A DNA stretch of 64,000 nucleotides, taken from an uncultured Collinsella sp. GTDB lineage: Bacteria; Actinomycetota; Coriobacteriia; Coriobacteriales; Coriobacteriaceae. The stretch is from contig CALJCO010000011.1 in the NCBI GenBank assembly GCA_938023905.1, positions 23,544 to 87,543 of the forward strand. The letters run 5' to 3'. Within the stretch, counting starts at the first letter, position 1; every line of letters starts with the position of its first letter. Shown one piece after another: positions 18,839 through 28,148 of the stretch. The translations under genes were made by a program, and so were the position numbers. A model generated the notes under the pieces. The model worked only from the letters and a program-made list of their open reading frames with translations. It was not told where the DNA came from and searched no databases.

Positions 18839-19699
18839 TTACTTGATGTTGTACTTAGCCATGAGGGCGTCAACGGTACCGTCGTCGGTCAGGTCCTTGA
18901 TGGCCTGGTTGATGTCGTCCTTGAGCTTGGTGTTGCCCTGGTTGATGGCGATGGCGTACTCCTCGCCGGTGCTGACCTGCTTGATGGTCTGGCAGGTGTT
19001 GAACTGCTCGGCGGTCAGCTGGCTGGCAACGGAGCGGTTGGTGACTACGGCATCGCCCTTATCGGACTGCAGGGCGCTGAAGCACTCGGTGGCGTCCTTG
19101 TAGGGGACGATCTTGGCCTTGGGGAAGTTCTCCTGGGCAAAGGCCTCGGCGGTCGATCCAGACTGGACGATGATGGTAGCGTCGGCGTTGTTGAGCTTCT
19201 CGCTGTAGTTGTCGGCCGTGATGTCGGTGTTATCGACCTTGGTCACGATAGCCTGATCGTCCATGTAGTAGGAATCGGAGAAAGCGACTTCCTTCTCACG
19301 CTCGGGCGTGTCGGTGATAGCCGCGATGGAAACGTCATACTTGGCGCCCGAAGCAACGCCGGGGACGAGCGTGTCGAAGTCGTTGTTGACGTACTCGACA
19401 TCCAGACCCAGCTTGTCACCGATAGCCTTGATGAGCTCAAGGTCAAAGCCCTGGTAGTCGCCGTTGTCGTCCTTGTACTCAAACGGAGCGTACTCGGCAG
19501 AGGTGCCGACGGTCAGCGTACCGTCCTTGACGAGCGCGTACTCCTTGGAGCCATCGACCTTCTCGACCTTCGCGTCGTCAGAGCTGCTGGAACCGGCATC
19601 GGAACCAGAGGTGGCGTTGGACGAGCCGCAGCCCGTCAGTGCGAGGGCGAGTGCCATGGCGCCCGTGGCGGCAAATGCGCCAAGCTTCTTGAGCTTCAT
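18839..19699 (-). CDS. amino-acid ABC transporter substrate-binding lipoprotein
   Basis: ORF 18839..19828. ATG at 19699 (MKLKKLGAFAATGAMALALALTGC lipobox) with GGAAGGAG RBS. Family-3 SBP. Confidence 0.85.
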   Translation of the reverse strand: MKLKKLGAFAATGAMALALALTGCGSSNATSGSDAGSSSSDDAKVEKVDGSKEYALVKDGTLTVGTSAEYAPFEYKDDNGDYQGFDLELIKAIGDKLGLDVEYVNNDFDTLVPGVASGAKYDVSIAAITDTPEREKEVAFSDSYYMDDQAIVTKVDNTDITADNYSEKLNNADATIIVQSGSTAEAFAQENFPKAKIVPYKDATECFSALQSDKGDAVVTNRSVASQLTAEQFNTCQTIKQVSTGEEYAIAINQGNTKLKDDINQAIKDLTDDGTVDALMAKYNIK

Positions 19700-19846
19700 A
19701 ATCAGTCTCCTTCCAATGACCCCACGTGATTCAGGGGCCTGCAAAAACTGAGGGTTATTATGCACCCGCTTGGAAGAATCCGCAATTAGAAAACTGATTG
19801 AAACAAACCCATAACGTGAATGGAGCACTCCACTTTATGACAGTCA

Positions 19847-20713
19847 TTACTGCTGCAACGACCTTAACAGTTTGATTTCAGCCGCATAACCTGCAAGTTC
19901 GTTCGGTGTCTCCAAAATGAATGGCAATGCGCGCAAGCGGCTATTCGATACAATATTCTGTATAACCTGCATACCGCCGCCAAACTCCTCGCTGCCAAGG
20001 TATCCCTTGCCGATGCACTCGTGACGATCTTTATGGGCGCCACAGGGGTTCTTCGAATCGTTGATGTGCACGGCACGCAAGCGCTCGATACCCACCACGC
20101 GGTCGAACTCGTCGAGTACGCCGTCCAGATTATGGATGATGTCGTAGCCGGCATCGCTCACATGGCAGGTGTCCAAACAAACGCCCAGCTTATCGGACAG
20201 CTCTGGACACTTGGCGGCAACGCCCTCGATAATGCACGCCAGCTCTTCAAAGCTACGGCCCACCTCGGTGCCCTTACCCGCCATGGTCTCGAGCAATACC
20301 GTCGTCTGCTGTCCCTCAAACATCACCTGGCACAGCGTGTCGACAATCATCTGAATGCCGGCGTCTGCCCCCTGTCCCACATGCGCGCCGGGATGGAAGT
20401 TGTAGTAGTTGCCGGGCAGTGCTTCCAGACGCTGCAAATCTTCCGCCATAGCCTCCAAGGCAAACTCGCGCGCCCGCTCCTTAGCGGAGCAGGGGTTATA
20501 GGTATACGGGGCATGCGCCACCAGCGGTCCAAAGTCGTTTTGCGCCATAAGCTCGCGCAGAGCCGCCACGTCATCCATGTCAAGGTCTTTTGCCTTGCCA
20601 CCGCGCGGGTTGCGCGTAAAGAACGCAAAGGTATTGGCACCAATGGACAACGCCGTCTCCCCCATTGCCCGATAGCCCTTCGTCGTCGAAAGATGACACC
20701 CGATCGTTAGCAT
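19847..20713 (-). CDS. nfo: deoxyribonuclease IV / endonuclease IV (AP endonuclease family 2)
   Basis: 288 aa, xylose-isomerase-like TIM barrel with the His/Asp/Glu ligand pattern of Nfo. GAGGGGGAG RBS. Confidence 0.85.
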   Translation of the reverse strand: MLTIGCHLSTTKGYRAMGETALSIGANTFAFFTRNPRGGKAKDLDMDDVAALRELMAQNDFGPLVAHAPYTYNPCSAKERAREFALEAMAEDLQRLEALPGNYYNFHPGAHVGQGADAGIQMIVDTLCQVMFEGQQTTVLLETMAGKGTEVGRSFEELACIIEGVAAKCPELSDKLGVCLDTCHVSDAGYDIIHNLDGVLDEFDRVVGIERLRAVHINDSKNPCGAHKDRHECIGKGYLGSEEFGGGMQVIQNIVSNSRLRALPFILETPNELAGYAAEIKLLRSLQQ

Positions 20714-20733
20714 CTCCAGCTCCCCCTCATCAG

Positions 20734-20809
20734 TTGCGGTGAAATACGGTCTATTGGTGCCTTATTTTGGCGCAAACAGACCGTATTCCACCGCAAGATA
20801 TAAAAGGGG
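20734..20809 (-). promoter_or_regulatory. conserved 5' leader element of nfo: 19-bp stem (UUGCGGUGGAAUACGGUCU / AGACCGUAUUUCACCGCAA) enclosing a conserved 25-nt loop, preceded by CCCUUUUAUAUC. Homologous to the element at 21893..21967.
   Basis: Perfect inverted repeat ending 5 nt upstream of the RBS. Shares flank, stem base and loop sequence with the second copy. Inner stem differs with compensatory changes. Confidence 0.5.
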
Positions 20810-20857
20810 CATCAGGGGCACGGTCCGCCGAGCCCCCTTGAGCAGCAGCACCGCAGC

Positions 20858-21877
20858 CTAGAGCGTCAAGCGAATCGCATCGATGATCTGCGCGCAGCGC
20901 TGTGTGGCGGCAAGGGGCATGACGGGACTCTCGAGTTTCCCCGCCCGGATGAGCTGAGTCGCATGCGAAGCTTCGCCGTAAAAATCATCGACCTCAAATG
21001 GGGCGTCGATTTCGAGCACTCGACCGTCGGAGTACTTCACATGGGCGAGCTCGGGGCGATGGAGGCGCTCGATTTCCAACGAACCCCGTTCGCAGGCAAT
21101 CGTTAAGCGGCTTTCATATGCTGCTTTGCCGTCGCACACCATATGAATGGGTATACCGCCGACACTCATATGAATCTCATCGGCCCAATCCACGCGGCCG
21201 CCCGATACGTCACGCCAGCGAACTTCACGAGACGAAACATCGCACGCACCCGCAAGCAAATCCTCAAACCACCCGACCGCATAGCAGCCCATGTCATATA
21301 GACAGCCGCCCTGCAACGGATCGAGCAGATAACTCGAAGGGGACTCACCATAATCGAGTTTTTGCACGCTTTCGATCGAGACGATACAGCCGAGCTCGCC
21401 CGACGCAAGCAAGTCCTCCACGCGAGTGCGCATCGGGCAAAACCGATTCTTCATCGCCTCCATAAACAGCACGCCGCACTCGCGAGAGGCGGAGGCAATC
21501 GAGAGAGCCTCTTCCTCACTCAAAACGGCCGGCTTTTCGCACAGCACGGCCTTTCCAGCGCGCAGCGCGCGACAGGCCCAACGCGTATGCATACCATGCG
21601 GAAGAGCCAAGTAGATTGCGTCGACATCGGGGTCGGCAATCAGCGCATCATAAGCCGCATCGCCGCCATCGTCAGCCGTGACATAACTGTGCGCAGCATC
21701 GATCGAAAACGCCCTGAAAACCTCCTCAACATGCGAAGGAGTGCGCCCGGCGGCAGCCACAAGCCGTGCCCTGTCGACCTTCTTGAGCGACGATGCAAAT
21801 CGATGCGAAATGTGCCCAGCGCCCAAAACGCCCCAACGAACCTCACGCAAATCATCACATGAATCCCGATGGCCCAC
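20858..21877 (-). CDS. Gfo/Idh/MocA-family NAD(P)-dependent oxidoreductase
   Basis: ORF 20858..21934. Likely GTG start at 21877 (MGHRDSCDDLREVRWGVLGAGHISHRF Rossmann N-terminus) with AAGGGAG RBS. Confidence 0.75.
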   Translation of the reverse strand: MGHRDSCDDLREVRWGVLGAGHISHRFASSLKKVDRARLVAAAGRTPSHVEEVFRAFSIDAAHSYVTADDGGDAAYDALIADPDVDAIYLALPHGMHTRWACRALRAGKAVLCEKPAVLSEEEALSIASASRECGVLFMEAMKNRFCPMRTRVEDLLASGELGCIVSIESVQKLDYGESPSSYLLDPLQGGCLYDMGCYAVGWFEDLLAGACDVSSREVRWRDVSGGRVDWADEIHMSVGGIPIHMVCDGKAAYESRLTIACERGSLEIERLHRPELAHVKYSDGRVLEIDAPFEVDDFYGEASHATQLIRAGKLESPVMPLAATQRCAQIIDAIRLTL

Positions 21878-21892
21878 GACAGCTCCCTTCAG

Positions 21893-21967
21893 TTGCGACG
21901 AAATAGTTCCTGCTATCGCCCTATTCTGCCGCAAACAGGAACTATTCCATCACAAGATATAAAAGGG
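21893..21967 (-). promoter_or_regulatory. second copy of the conserved leader hairpin (20-bp stem UUGUGAUGGAAUAGUUCCUG / CAGGAACUAUUUCGUCGCAA, conserved loop, CCCUUUUAUAUC flank), upstream of the Gfo/Idh/MocA gene
   Basis: Same architecture and spacing to the RBS as the nfo copy. Compensatory base changes in the inner stem. Confidence 0.5.
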
Positions 21968-23158
21968 TCATGAGGAGCGAGTTTTGCTGAAGACTTTAAG
22001 CGCGGCCGTTACGGGGCCAGGCTGGAAACGTCGGCGCGCGTCGTCGAGACGCTCGGGGATATCGATGTGTTGCGGGCAGTGACGCGCACATTTGCCGCAC
22101 TTGACGCAATTGCTCACGAGCTTGGGCTCGCTCGTGCGCACCGCGCTCGCCGTAAAGTATTGCGACAGCCCCGTAAACCAGCTGTGCGCATAGCTCGCGT
22201 TGTAAGCGGCAAAGCAGCCGGGAATGTTAATACCCTTGGGACATGGCATGCAGTAGCCGCATCCCGTGCAGGGCACGCGATTCGATTTTTCAAACTCCGC
22301 CAGCACACGTGCGATGGTATCGAGCTGCTCTGTCGTCATCGAATTCGGCAGTGCGCGATCCGCCAATGCCGCGTTCTCGTCCACCTGTGCGGTATCGGTC
22401 ATGCCCGAAAGCAGCATCGTGACCTGAGGATGGTTCCACACCCACGAAAGTCCCCAGGCGGCAGGAGTGCGCAAATGCGGGTCACGGGCGCCATCGAGCA
22501 CGGCGCGGGCCCGCGGAGGCAGCTTGCCCGCCAGGCGTCCACCCAAAAGCGGCTCCATCACAAACACCGCGAGCCCGCGCTCCGCAGCCGCCATGAGTCC
22601 CGCCGTTCCCGCTTGGTAGCGCTCTCCAGCGTAGTTGTACTGGATCTGGCAAAAATCCCAGTCATACGCGTCAAGCATCGTGAGGAAGTCCGCGGCGCTG
22701 CCGTGGTACGAAAAACCTATCTGGCGAATACGCCCCGCAGCCTTTTGGTGCGCAATCCAGTCCTCGATGCCCAACGCCACCACGCGCTCCCACTGGGCGG
22801 GCGAGGTGATGTTGTGCATAAGGTAGTAGTCAATATAGTCGGTCCGCAAACGGTGCAGCTGCTCGTCAAAAAAGCGGTCGAAATCCTCCGCACATTTGCA
22901 CGAAGCGTGCGGCAACTTAGTCGCCAGCAACACCCGGTCGCGCAGCCCCAAGCGCTCAAGTGAGGCGCCCACGCACACCTCGTTACCGGGATAGAGATAC
23001 GCGGTATCCAGATAATTAATCCCCTGCTCCACCGCACGGGAAATGATGGCATCGGATGTCTTCGCATCGGGGTGTCCCGGCGCACCGGGAAATCTCATGC
23101 AGCCCAGACCCAGAGCGGATATTCGGTTACCACTTTTGGGGTCAACGCGGTATTGCAC
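21968..23158 (-). CDS. aldo/keto reductase fused to a C-terminal 2x[4Fe-4S] ferredoxin domain
   Basis: ORF 21968..23275. Probable GTG start at 23158 (MQYRVDPKSGNRISALGLGCMRF, canonical AKR N-terminus) 4 nt after AAAGGAGGGG. C-terminal CTGCGYCMPCP...CVKCGKCARHCP clusters. Confidence 0.75.
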   Translation of the reverse strand: MQYRVDPKSGNRISALGLGCMRFPGAPGHPDAKTSDAIISRAVEQGINYLDTAYLYPGNEVCVGASLERLGLRDRVLLATKLPHASCKCAEDFDRFFDEQLHRLRTDYIDYYLMHNITSPAQWERVVALGIEDWIAHQKAAGRIRQIGFSYHGSAADFLTMLDAYDWDFCQIQYNYAGERYQAGTAGLMAAAERGLAVFVMEPLLGGRLAGKLPPRARAVLDGARDPHLRTPAAWGLSWVWNHPQVTMLLSGMTDTAQVDENAALADRALPNSMTTEQLDTIARVLAEFEKSNRVPCTGCGYCMPCPKGINIPGCFAAYNASYAHSWFTGLSQYFTASAVRTSEPKLVSNCVKCGKCARHCPQHIDIPERLDDARRRFQPGPVTAALKVFSKTRSS

Positions 23159-23321
23159 GGCCCCTCCTTTCGCCATCAGCACCCCGGCAAGACGAAACAC
23201 AATGGTCACGCGGCCGAAACATCGTAGAATCGCAATCGAGAACGTATCGTAACGCAGCAGAAATCGAGCTGTCACGGCACCGCTTTAACATCAGCAAAAA
23301 GCCCGATGAAAGGAGCCGCCC

Positions 23322-24092
23322 ATGCCCGCGCTCGACCTTTGGAACCTCGCCTCCCAGCTCAAAAGCAACGATTATCGCTGGGTCGACCTCACCCACACGC
23401 TCTCATGCGACACCCCGCACTGGTTTGGCTTTAAGCCATTTGAGTCCACCAAGCTCTTCGACTACCTGCCCGGCACGCCCGAGGACATGCTCGCGCCCAT
23501 GCGTTGCTTCCAGTATTCGGTCGCCTCGCAGTACGGCACCCACGTCGACGCGCCGTGCCACTTCCATGTCGAGGGTCGTTCCCTTGGCGAGATTGAACCC
23601 ATCGAGTTTATGCATCCGCTCTGCGTGATCGACAAGCATGAGGAGTGCGCCGCGAATCCCGACTTTATCCTGACCATCGAGGACCTCAAAGCCTGGGAGG
23701 ATGAGCACGGTCGCATTCCCGAGGACGCTTTCGTCGCCTTCCGCTCCGACTGGTCCAAGCTCGCCGACCTCGAGAACAAGGACGAGGACGGCCAGCCCCA
23801 CTACCCCGGCTGGGACCTCGGCGTCATCAAGTGGCTCGTTGAAGAGCGCGACATCGGCGCCATCGGCCACGAGCCGGCTGACACCGACCCGGCGAGCGTG
23901 ACCACGCGTGAGGACGCCTACCCCTACCCCGGCGAACAGTACATCCTCTCGGTCGACCGCTATCAGATCGAGGTCATGGACCATCTAGACGAGCTTCCCG
24001 CCACGGGCGCCGTCATCTTCTGCACCTTCCCCAAGGTGCGTGATGGCGTCGGATATCCCGCACGTGTCTTTGCGGTCTGCCCCGCGTCATAA
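23322..24092 (+). CDS. putative cyclase-family protein (kynurenine-formamidase-like metal-dependent hydrolase)
   Basis: 256 aa with HxGTHxDxPxH-like motif (QYGTHVDAPCHFH). Confidence 0.7.
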   Translation: MPALDLWNLASQLKSNDYRWVDLTHTLSCDTPHWFGFKPFESTKLFDYLPGTPEDMLAPMRCFQYSVASQYGTHVDAPCHFHVEGRSLGEIEPIEFMHPLCVIDKHEECAANPDFILTIEDLKAWEDEHGRIPEDAFVAFRSDWSKLADLENKDEDGQPHYPGWDLGVIKWLVEERDIGAIGHEPADTDPASVTTREDAYPYPGEQYILSVDRYQIEVMDHLDELPATGAVIFCTFPKVRDGVGYPARVFAVCPAS

Positions 24093-24209
24093 GTTCCCAT
24101 GCGTTTGTTCTTCTAAATACGGCCATCCGGTGCACGCGACATGGCCCGGCGGCATACAATCCATCAGGCGCCCCATACGCGGGCGCCTTTTTATGGGGAG
24201 ATGATTCAC

Positions 24210-25124
24210 ATGCAGATCAACAAGGTCGCCTTCATCGGCAAGGGCGGCGTGGGCCTGCTCTACGGCAGCATGATCGCCCAAGCGCTCGGCAACGACGCCG
24301 TCGAATACGTTATTGACGACGCGCGCTTTGAGCGCCACGCAGGTGATGCGCTCACCGTCAACGGCAAGCCCTGCGCGCTCAAGTCCGTCCGCGCGAGCGA
24401 GGCGACGCCCGTCGACCTGGTCATCCTCACGGTCAAGACAACCGGGCTCGATGTGGTGCTCAAAACCCTGGAAAGCGTCGTGGGACCCGACACGCTGATC
24501 GCGTCGCTGTGCAACGGCATCACGAGCGAGCAGAAGATTGCCGAGCGCTTTGGCTGGGAGCACACCGTCCTTGGTATCTGCCAGGGCATGGACACCGTAT
24601 TCCTCAACGGGGAGCTCACCTATACCAATGCCGGCGAGATCCGCTTTGGTGCGGCAGCGGGCACCGACCCCGCAACCGTTATCGCCATCGACGAGCTCTA
24701 CACGCGTTGCGGCATCGCCCATACCGTCGAGCACGACATCGCACATCGCATGTGGGCCAAACTCATGCTCAACGACGGCATCAACCAGACCTGTATGGCC
24801 TACGGCGGCACCTACGGAAGCGCTACGGAGCAGGGCTCCGAGCAGCGCCGCTGCTTTGTTTCCGCCATGCGCGAAACGCTTGCGGTCGCCAACGCCGAGG
24901 GTATCGAGCTCACCGAGGCAGACCTAACGCAGATGGTGCATCTCATCGAGGGGCTCGACCCCGCCGGCATGCCCTCGATGGCGCAGGACCGCGTCGCGCA
25001 GCGCAAAACAGAGGTCGAGGAGTTCGCGGGCACCGTCCGCCGCCTCGCGGCCAAGCACGATATCCAGGCGCCGCAAAACGAATGGCTCTATTCGCGCATC
25101 CGCGAAATCGAGGCCAGCTGGTAA
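24210..25124 (+). CDS. panE: 2-dehydropantoate 2-reductase (ketopantoate reductase, ApbA/PanE family)
   Basis: ORF 24141..25124. ATG at 24210 (MQINKVAFIGKGGVGLLYG) with GGGGAGA RBS. Confidence 0.75.
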   Translation: MQINKVAFIGKGGVGLLYGSMIAQALGNDAVEYVIDDARFERHAGDALTVNGKPCALKSVRASEATPVDLVILTVKTTGLDVVLKTLESVVGPDTLIASLCNGITSEQKIAERFGWEHTVLGICQGMDTVFLNGELTYTNAGEIRFGAAAGTDPATVIAIDELYTRCGIAHTVEHDIAHRMWAKLMLNDGINQTCMAYGGTYGSATEQGSEQRRCFVSAMRETLAVANAEGIELTEADLTQMVHLIEGLDPAGMPSMAQDRVAQRKTEVEEFAGTVRRLAAKHDIQAPQNEWLYSRIREIEASW

Positions 25125-25162
25125 CGCCGCCGTACCGCATCCAACAGTCTCAATAGCAAAAA

Positions 25163-25192
25163 CCGCCGCAAAGGGCACTCCCCTTGCGGCGG
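25163..25192. terminator. GC-rich hairpin (CCGCCGCAAAGGG / CCCCTTGCGGCGG) between convergent panE and a small membrane protein gene
   Basis: 13-bp near-perfect stem followed by CTTCCTTCTTC. Confidence 0.5.
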
Positions 25193-25232
25193 CTTCCTTC
25201 TTCATCTATGGGCAAAACCAGCTTCACAACGG

Positions 25233-25439
25233 CTAGCGCCGCACCTGCGGCGTCTCATCCTCGTCATCGCGGCAAAGGGTCACGCCCGCACTTCCCAGCA
25301 GCGCTGCTGCGATGAGCGCGCCGACCACAATAGGAGCAGCCCCGCACGAGCCCTGCATGCCTGCGACAAACGCAGCTGTAGGGCCAAGACAGCCAAGTAC
25401 CAATGCGACGGCGGCGATAGCGATATCTCGAGCGTTCAT
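25233..25439 (-). CDS. small hydrophobic membrane protein (68 aa)
   Basis: GGAGG RBS. Two predicted TM segments. No recognisable family. Confidence 0.35.
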   Translation of the reverse strand: MNARDIAIAAVALVLGCLGPTAAFVAGMQGSCGAAPIVVGALIAAALLGSAGVTLCRDDEDETPQVRR

Positions 25440-25630
25440 GAGACCACTTCCTCCACGAGAAAGACCTTATTTCTCATGAACCAGTGTGCCCCGCATGCAT
25501 ACGCCCAGCGTACCGCCACGGTAAGGGCTCTGTTAACTCAAACGCACATAAAGAAAGGGCGGCTTTACGTTGCCTAAAAGCTCAGCAAAGACGCCCGCCC
25601 ATCATGTGCCTATTTTGCTCTGATGGCAGA

Positions 25631-26407
25631 TTACCAACCGGTATAGTAGTCGGTGGTTCCGGCAGCACAGCCGGAGTCATAGACCTTGCACTCGCCCTTG
25701 GAACCGGTAAACGTGGAGCCTTGGGCCTTATCGCCCGCGGCAACGACGTAGTAGCCATCGGAATCGCGCCAAAAGCCCTCGGAATCCTGCGTCCATTCGC
25801 CCGTGCGGTGGTGATACAACACGTTGCTGCTGTAATAAGTCTCGCGGCGGCCGTTATAGTTATTGACGCCGCTCGAGCGCGTCAGACCCGAGCCGTTCGC
25901 GTAATACGCAGCAGACGTGTAAGACAAGCCGGAGCAGGCGTTGTAATACGAAGCCTGGGCGGCCTCGGCGGCCTCGGCCTCGGCTGCGGCGGCCTCGAGC
26001 GCTTCGCGCTTGGCATTCTCAAGCGCAGTGCGCAGCTCATCGAGCTCGGTCGACTTCGTGTCGACCTCCCCCATCGTCAACAGACTACCCGCACCGTCGA
26101 TACAACCCTGCAGCACAGCGCGCTCGTCATCGGTAGCATAGTCGCCATACATATTCATAATGATCTGAGCGCGCATCTCAAGGGAATCGCGCTTGGCCTC
26201 CATCGAGGCGTTCCACTCCTGCATGGAACCATAACCATCGCCGCGATAATCGACGGGCTGCACCAGCGTCGCCTCGGACGGCGTAGATCCAACCGTATCG
26301 GATAGTGTTGCCGCGTGGGCATCAGTTGCGCCGGCGCCCGCCAAAAGTGCCACGGTCAGAGCGGCGGAAAGGGCGGCGGCTTTCGGTTTTCGTGAATCGA
26401 TCCTCAT
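25631..26407 (-). CDS. secreted protein of unknown function (signal peptide, Ala/Glu-rich coiled-coil region, Tyr/Gly/Ser-rich C-terminus)
   Basis: MRIDSRKPKAAALSAALTVALLAGAGATDAHA signal peptide. GGAGG RBS. 258 aa. Confidence 0.55.
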   Translation of the reverse strand: MRIDSRKPKAAALSAALTVALLAGAGATDAHAATLSDTVGSTPSEATLVQPVDYRGDGYGSMQEWNASMEAKRDSLEMRAQIIMNMYGDYATDDERAVLQGCIDGAGSLLTMGEVDTKSTELDELRTALENAKREALEAAAAEAEAAEAAQASYYNACSGLSYTSAAYYANGSGLTRSSGVNNYNGRRETYYSSNVLYHHRTGEWTQDSEGFWRDSDGYYVVAAGDKAQGSTFTGSKGECKVYDSGCAAGTTDYYTGW

Positions 26408-26617
26408 GTAGCTGGAAACCTCCGTAGTGCGTTTTTTGCTGCGTTTGAGCTGCGTGTGATTCGATCGCGCTGCATAGTACCCCGAGCAAATCGCGACCTG
26501 CGGTTTTACTCAAAAGGCGCACGTCAATTGCGTAAAACTCACATCCTCTCAACAGGAGTTTTCCACATCTCGATTGCATAAAGCATGCCAAAAACCCTGT
26601 AACAGCGCCCTTCCTAT

Positions 26618-26658
26618 GCAAAAAAGGCGCCTGTGCAACCATTGTTCGCATAGGCGCC
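26618..26658 (-). terminator. intrinsic terminator after metY (palindromic AGGCGCCT stems, 19-nt loop, T6 tract)
   Basis: AGGCGCCT...AGGCGCCTTTTTTGCAT on the minus strand, 60 nt after the metY stop. Confidence 0.6.
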
Positions 26659-26720
26659 TTGAGCAGGCATTTTATGCAGTTATACCTATCGAGTCGCAAG
26701 GGGTCCTTGCACAAGTCGCC

Positions 26721-28031
26721 TTACTCGTCCAGCGCGGCGAAGGCCTGCTTCAGATCCCAAATGATGTCCTCGGCGTTCTCGGTACCGATGGAAAGACGAA
26801 TCGTGGAGGGCGTGATGTTCTGCTCAGCGAGCTCCTCGGCAGAGAGCTGGGAGTGCGTGGTGGTAGCCGGGTGCACGACGAGCGACTTGACGTCGGCCAC
26901 GTTGGCGAGCAGCGAGAACACCTGCAGATGATCGATGAACTTCCAAGCTGCCTCCTGGCCACCCTTAATCTCAAAGGTAAAGATCGAGGCACCGCCGTTG
27001 GGGAAATACTGCTTGTAAAGCTCATGGTCGGGGTGCTCGGGCAGGCTCGGGTGGTTCACCTTGGCGACGTGGCTGTCACCAGTCAGGAACTCAACGACCT
27101 TCTTGGTGTTCTCGACATGACGGTCAACGCGCAACGACAGAGTCTCGGTGCCCTGGAGCAGGACCCAGGCGTTGAACGGGCTGATGCAGGCGCCCTCGTC
27201 ACGCAGCAGGATAGCGCGGACATAGGTCGCGAAGGCGGCGGGACCGGCAGCCTCGGCAAACGAAACACCGTGGTAGGAGGGGTTGGGCTCAGCGATCTGG
27301 GCGTACTTTCCGCTCGCCTTCCAATCGAAGTTACCGCCGTCGACAATCACACCGCCCAGCGAGGTACCGTGGCCGCCGATGAACTTGGTTGCGGAGTGGA
27401 CGACGATGTTGGCACCATGCTCCAGCGGACGGAACAGATACGGGGTGCCGAAGGTGTTGTCGACGACAACCGGCAGACCGTGCTTCTTGGCGATCTCGGA
27501 GATGGCGTCGATGTTGGGGATGTCGGAGTTGGGGTTGCCGAGCGTCTCGAGATAAATGACCGTGGTGTTGTCCTTGATGGCACCCTCGACCTCTTCCAGG
27601 TTATGGGCATCGACAAACGTGGTCTCGACGCCAAACTGGGAGAGCGTATGCTCCAGCAGGTTGTAGGAGCCACCGTAAATGGTCTTCTGAGCCACCACGT
27701 GGTCACCGGCCTGGGCAAGAGCCTGCAGGGTATAGGTGATGGCAGCAGCGCCAGAGGCGACGGCAAGACCTGCCACGCCACCCTCGAGTGCGGCGATACG
27801 GTCCTCGAAGACGCCCTGGGTGGAGTTGGTCAGACGGCCGTAGATGTTACCGGCGTCGGCAAGACCAAAGCGGTCGGCGGCGTGCTGGGAGTTGCGGAAC
27901 ACATAGCTCGTGGTCTGGTAGATAGGCACGGCACGGGAGTCGGATGCAGGGTCGGCGCCCTCCTGGCCAACGTGCAACTGCAGGGTATCGAAACCAAAGG
28001 TGTGCTCGGGATTGTTGATGAACTGGCTCAT
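26721..28031 (-). CDS. metY: O-acetylhomoserine aminocarboxypropyltransferase / sulfhydrylase (PLP-dependent)
   Basis: 436 aa. Cys/Met-metabolism PLP enzyme with the PLP lysine in a conserved ...SATKFIGGHGTSLGG... context. AAGGAG RBS. Confidence 0.9.
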   Translation of the reverse strand: MSQFINNPEHTFGFDTLQLHVGQEGADPASDSRAVPIYQTTSYVFRNSQHAADRFGLADAGNIYGRLTNSTQGVFEDRIAALEGGVAGLAVASGAAAITYTLQALAQAGDHVVAQKTIYGGSYNLLEHTLSQFGVETTFVDAHNLEEVEGAIKDNTTVIYLETLGNPNSDIPNIDAISEIAKKHGLPVVVDNTFGTPYLFRPLEHGANIVVHSATKFIGGHGTSLGGVIVDGGNFDWKASGKYAQIAEPNPSYHGVSFAEAAGPAAFATYVRAILLRDEGACISPFNAWVLLQGTETLSLRVDRHVENTKKVVEFLTGDSHVAKVNHPSLPEHPDHELYKQYFPNGGASIFTFEIKGGQEAAWKFIDHLQVFSLLANVADVKSLVVHPATTTHSQLSAEELAEQNITPSTIRLSIGTENAEDIIWDLKQAFAALDE

Positions 28032-28094
28032 GATGATCTCCTTGATCGAACAAAAGTAAATAAATTAGAGAGAAGTAAGTCGCTGTCTCCTGAT

Positions 28095-28148
28095 CACGCC
28101 AACGGGCGCAAACAGGAGCCCGGCATTCGTCTTGGCAAGCAATTCATA
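28095..28148 (-). CDS. 17-codon upstream ORF (MNCLPRRMPGSCLRPLA) in the metY leader; candidate regulatory leader peptide
   Basis: ATG 8 nt downstream of a perfect AAAGGAGG RBS (28157..28164). 2 Cys + 2 Met codons. The 3' end overlaps a CTCCTG/CAGGAG hairpin about 95 nt upstream of the metY start. Confidence 0.25.
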
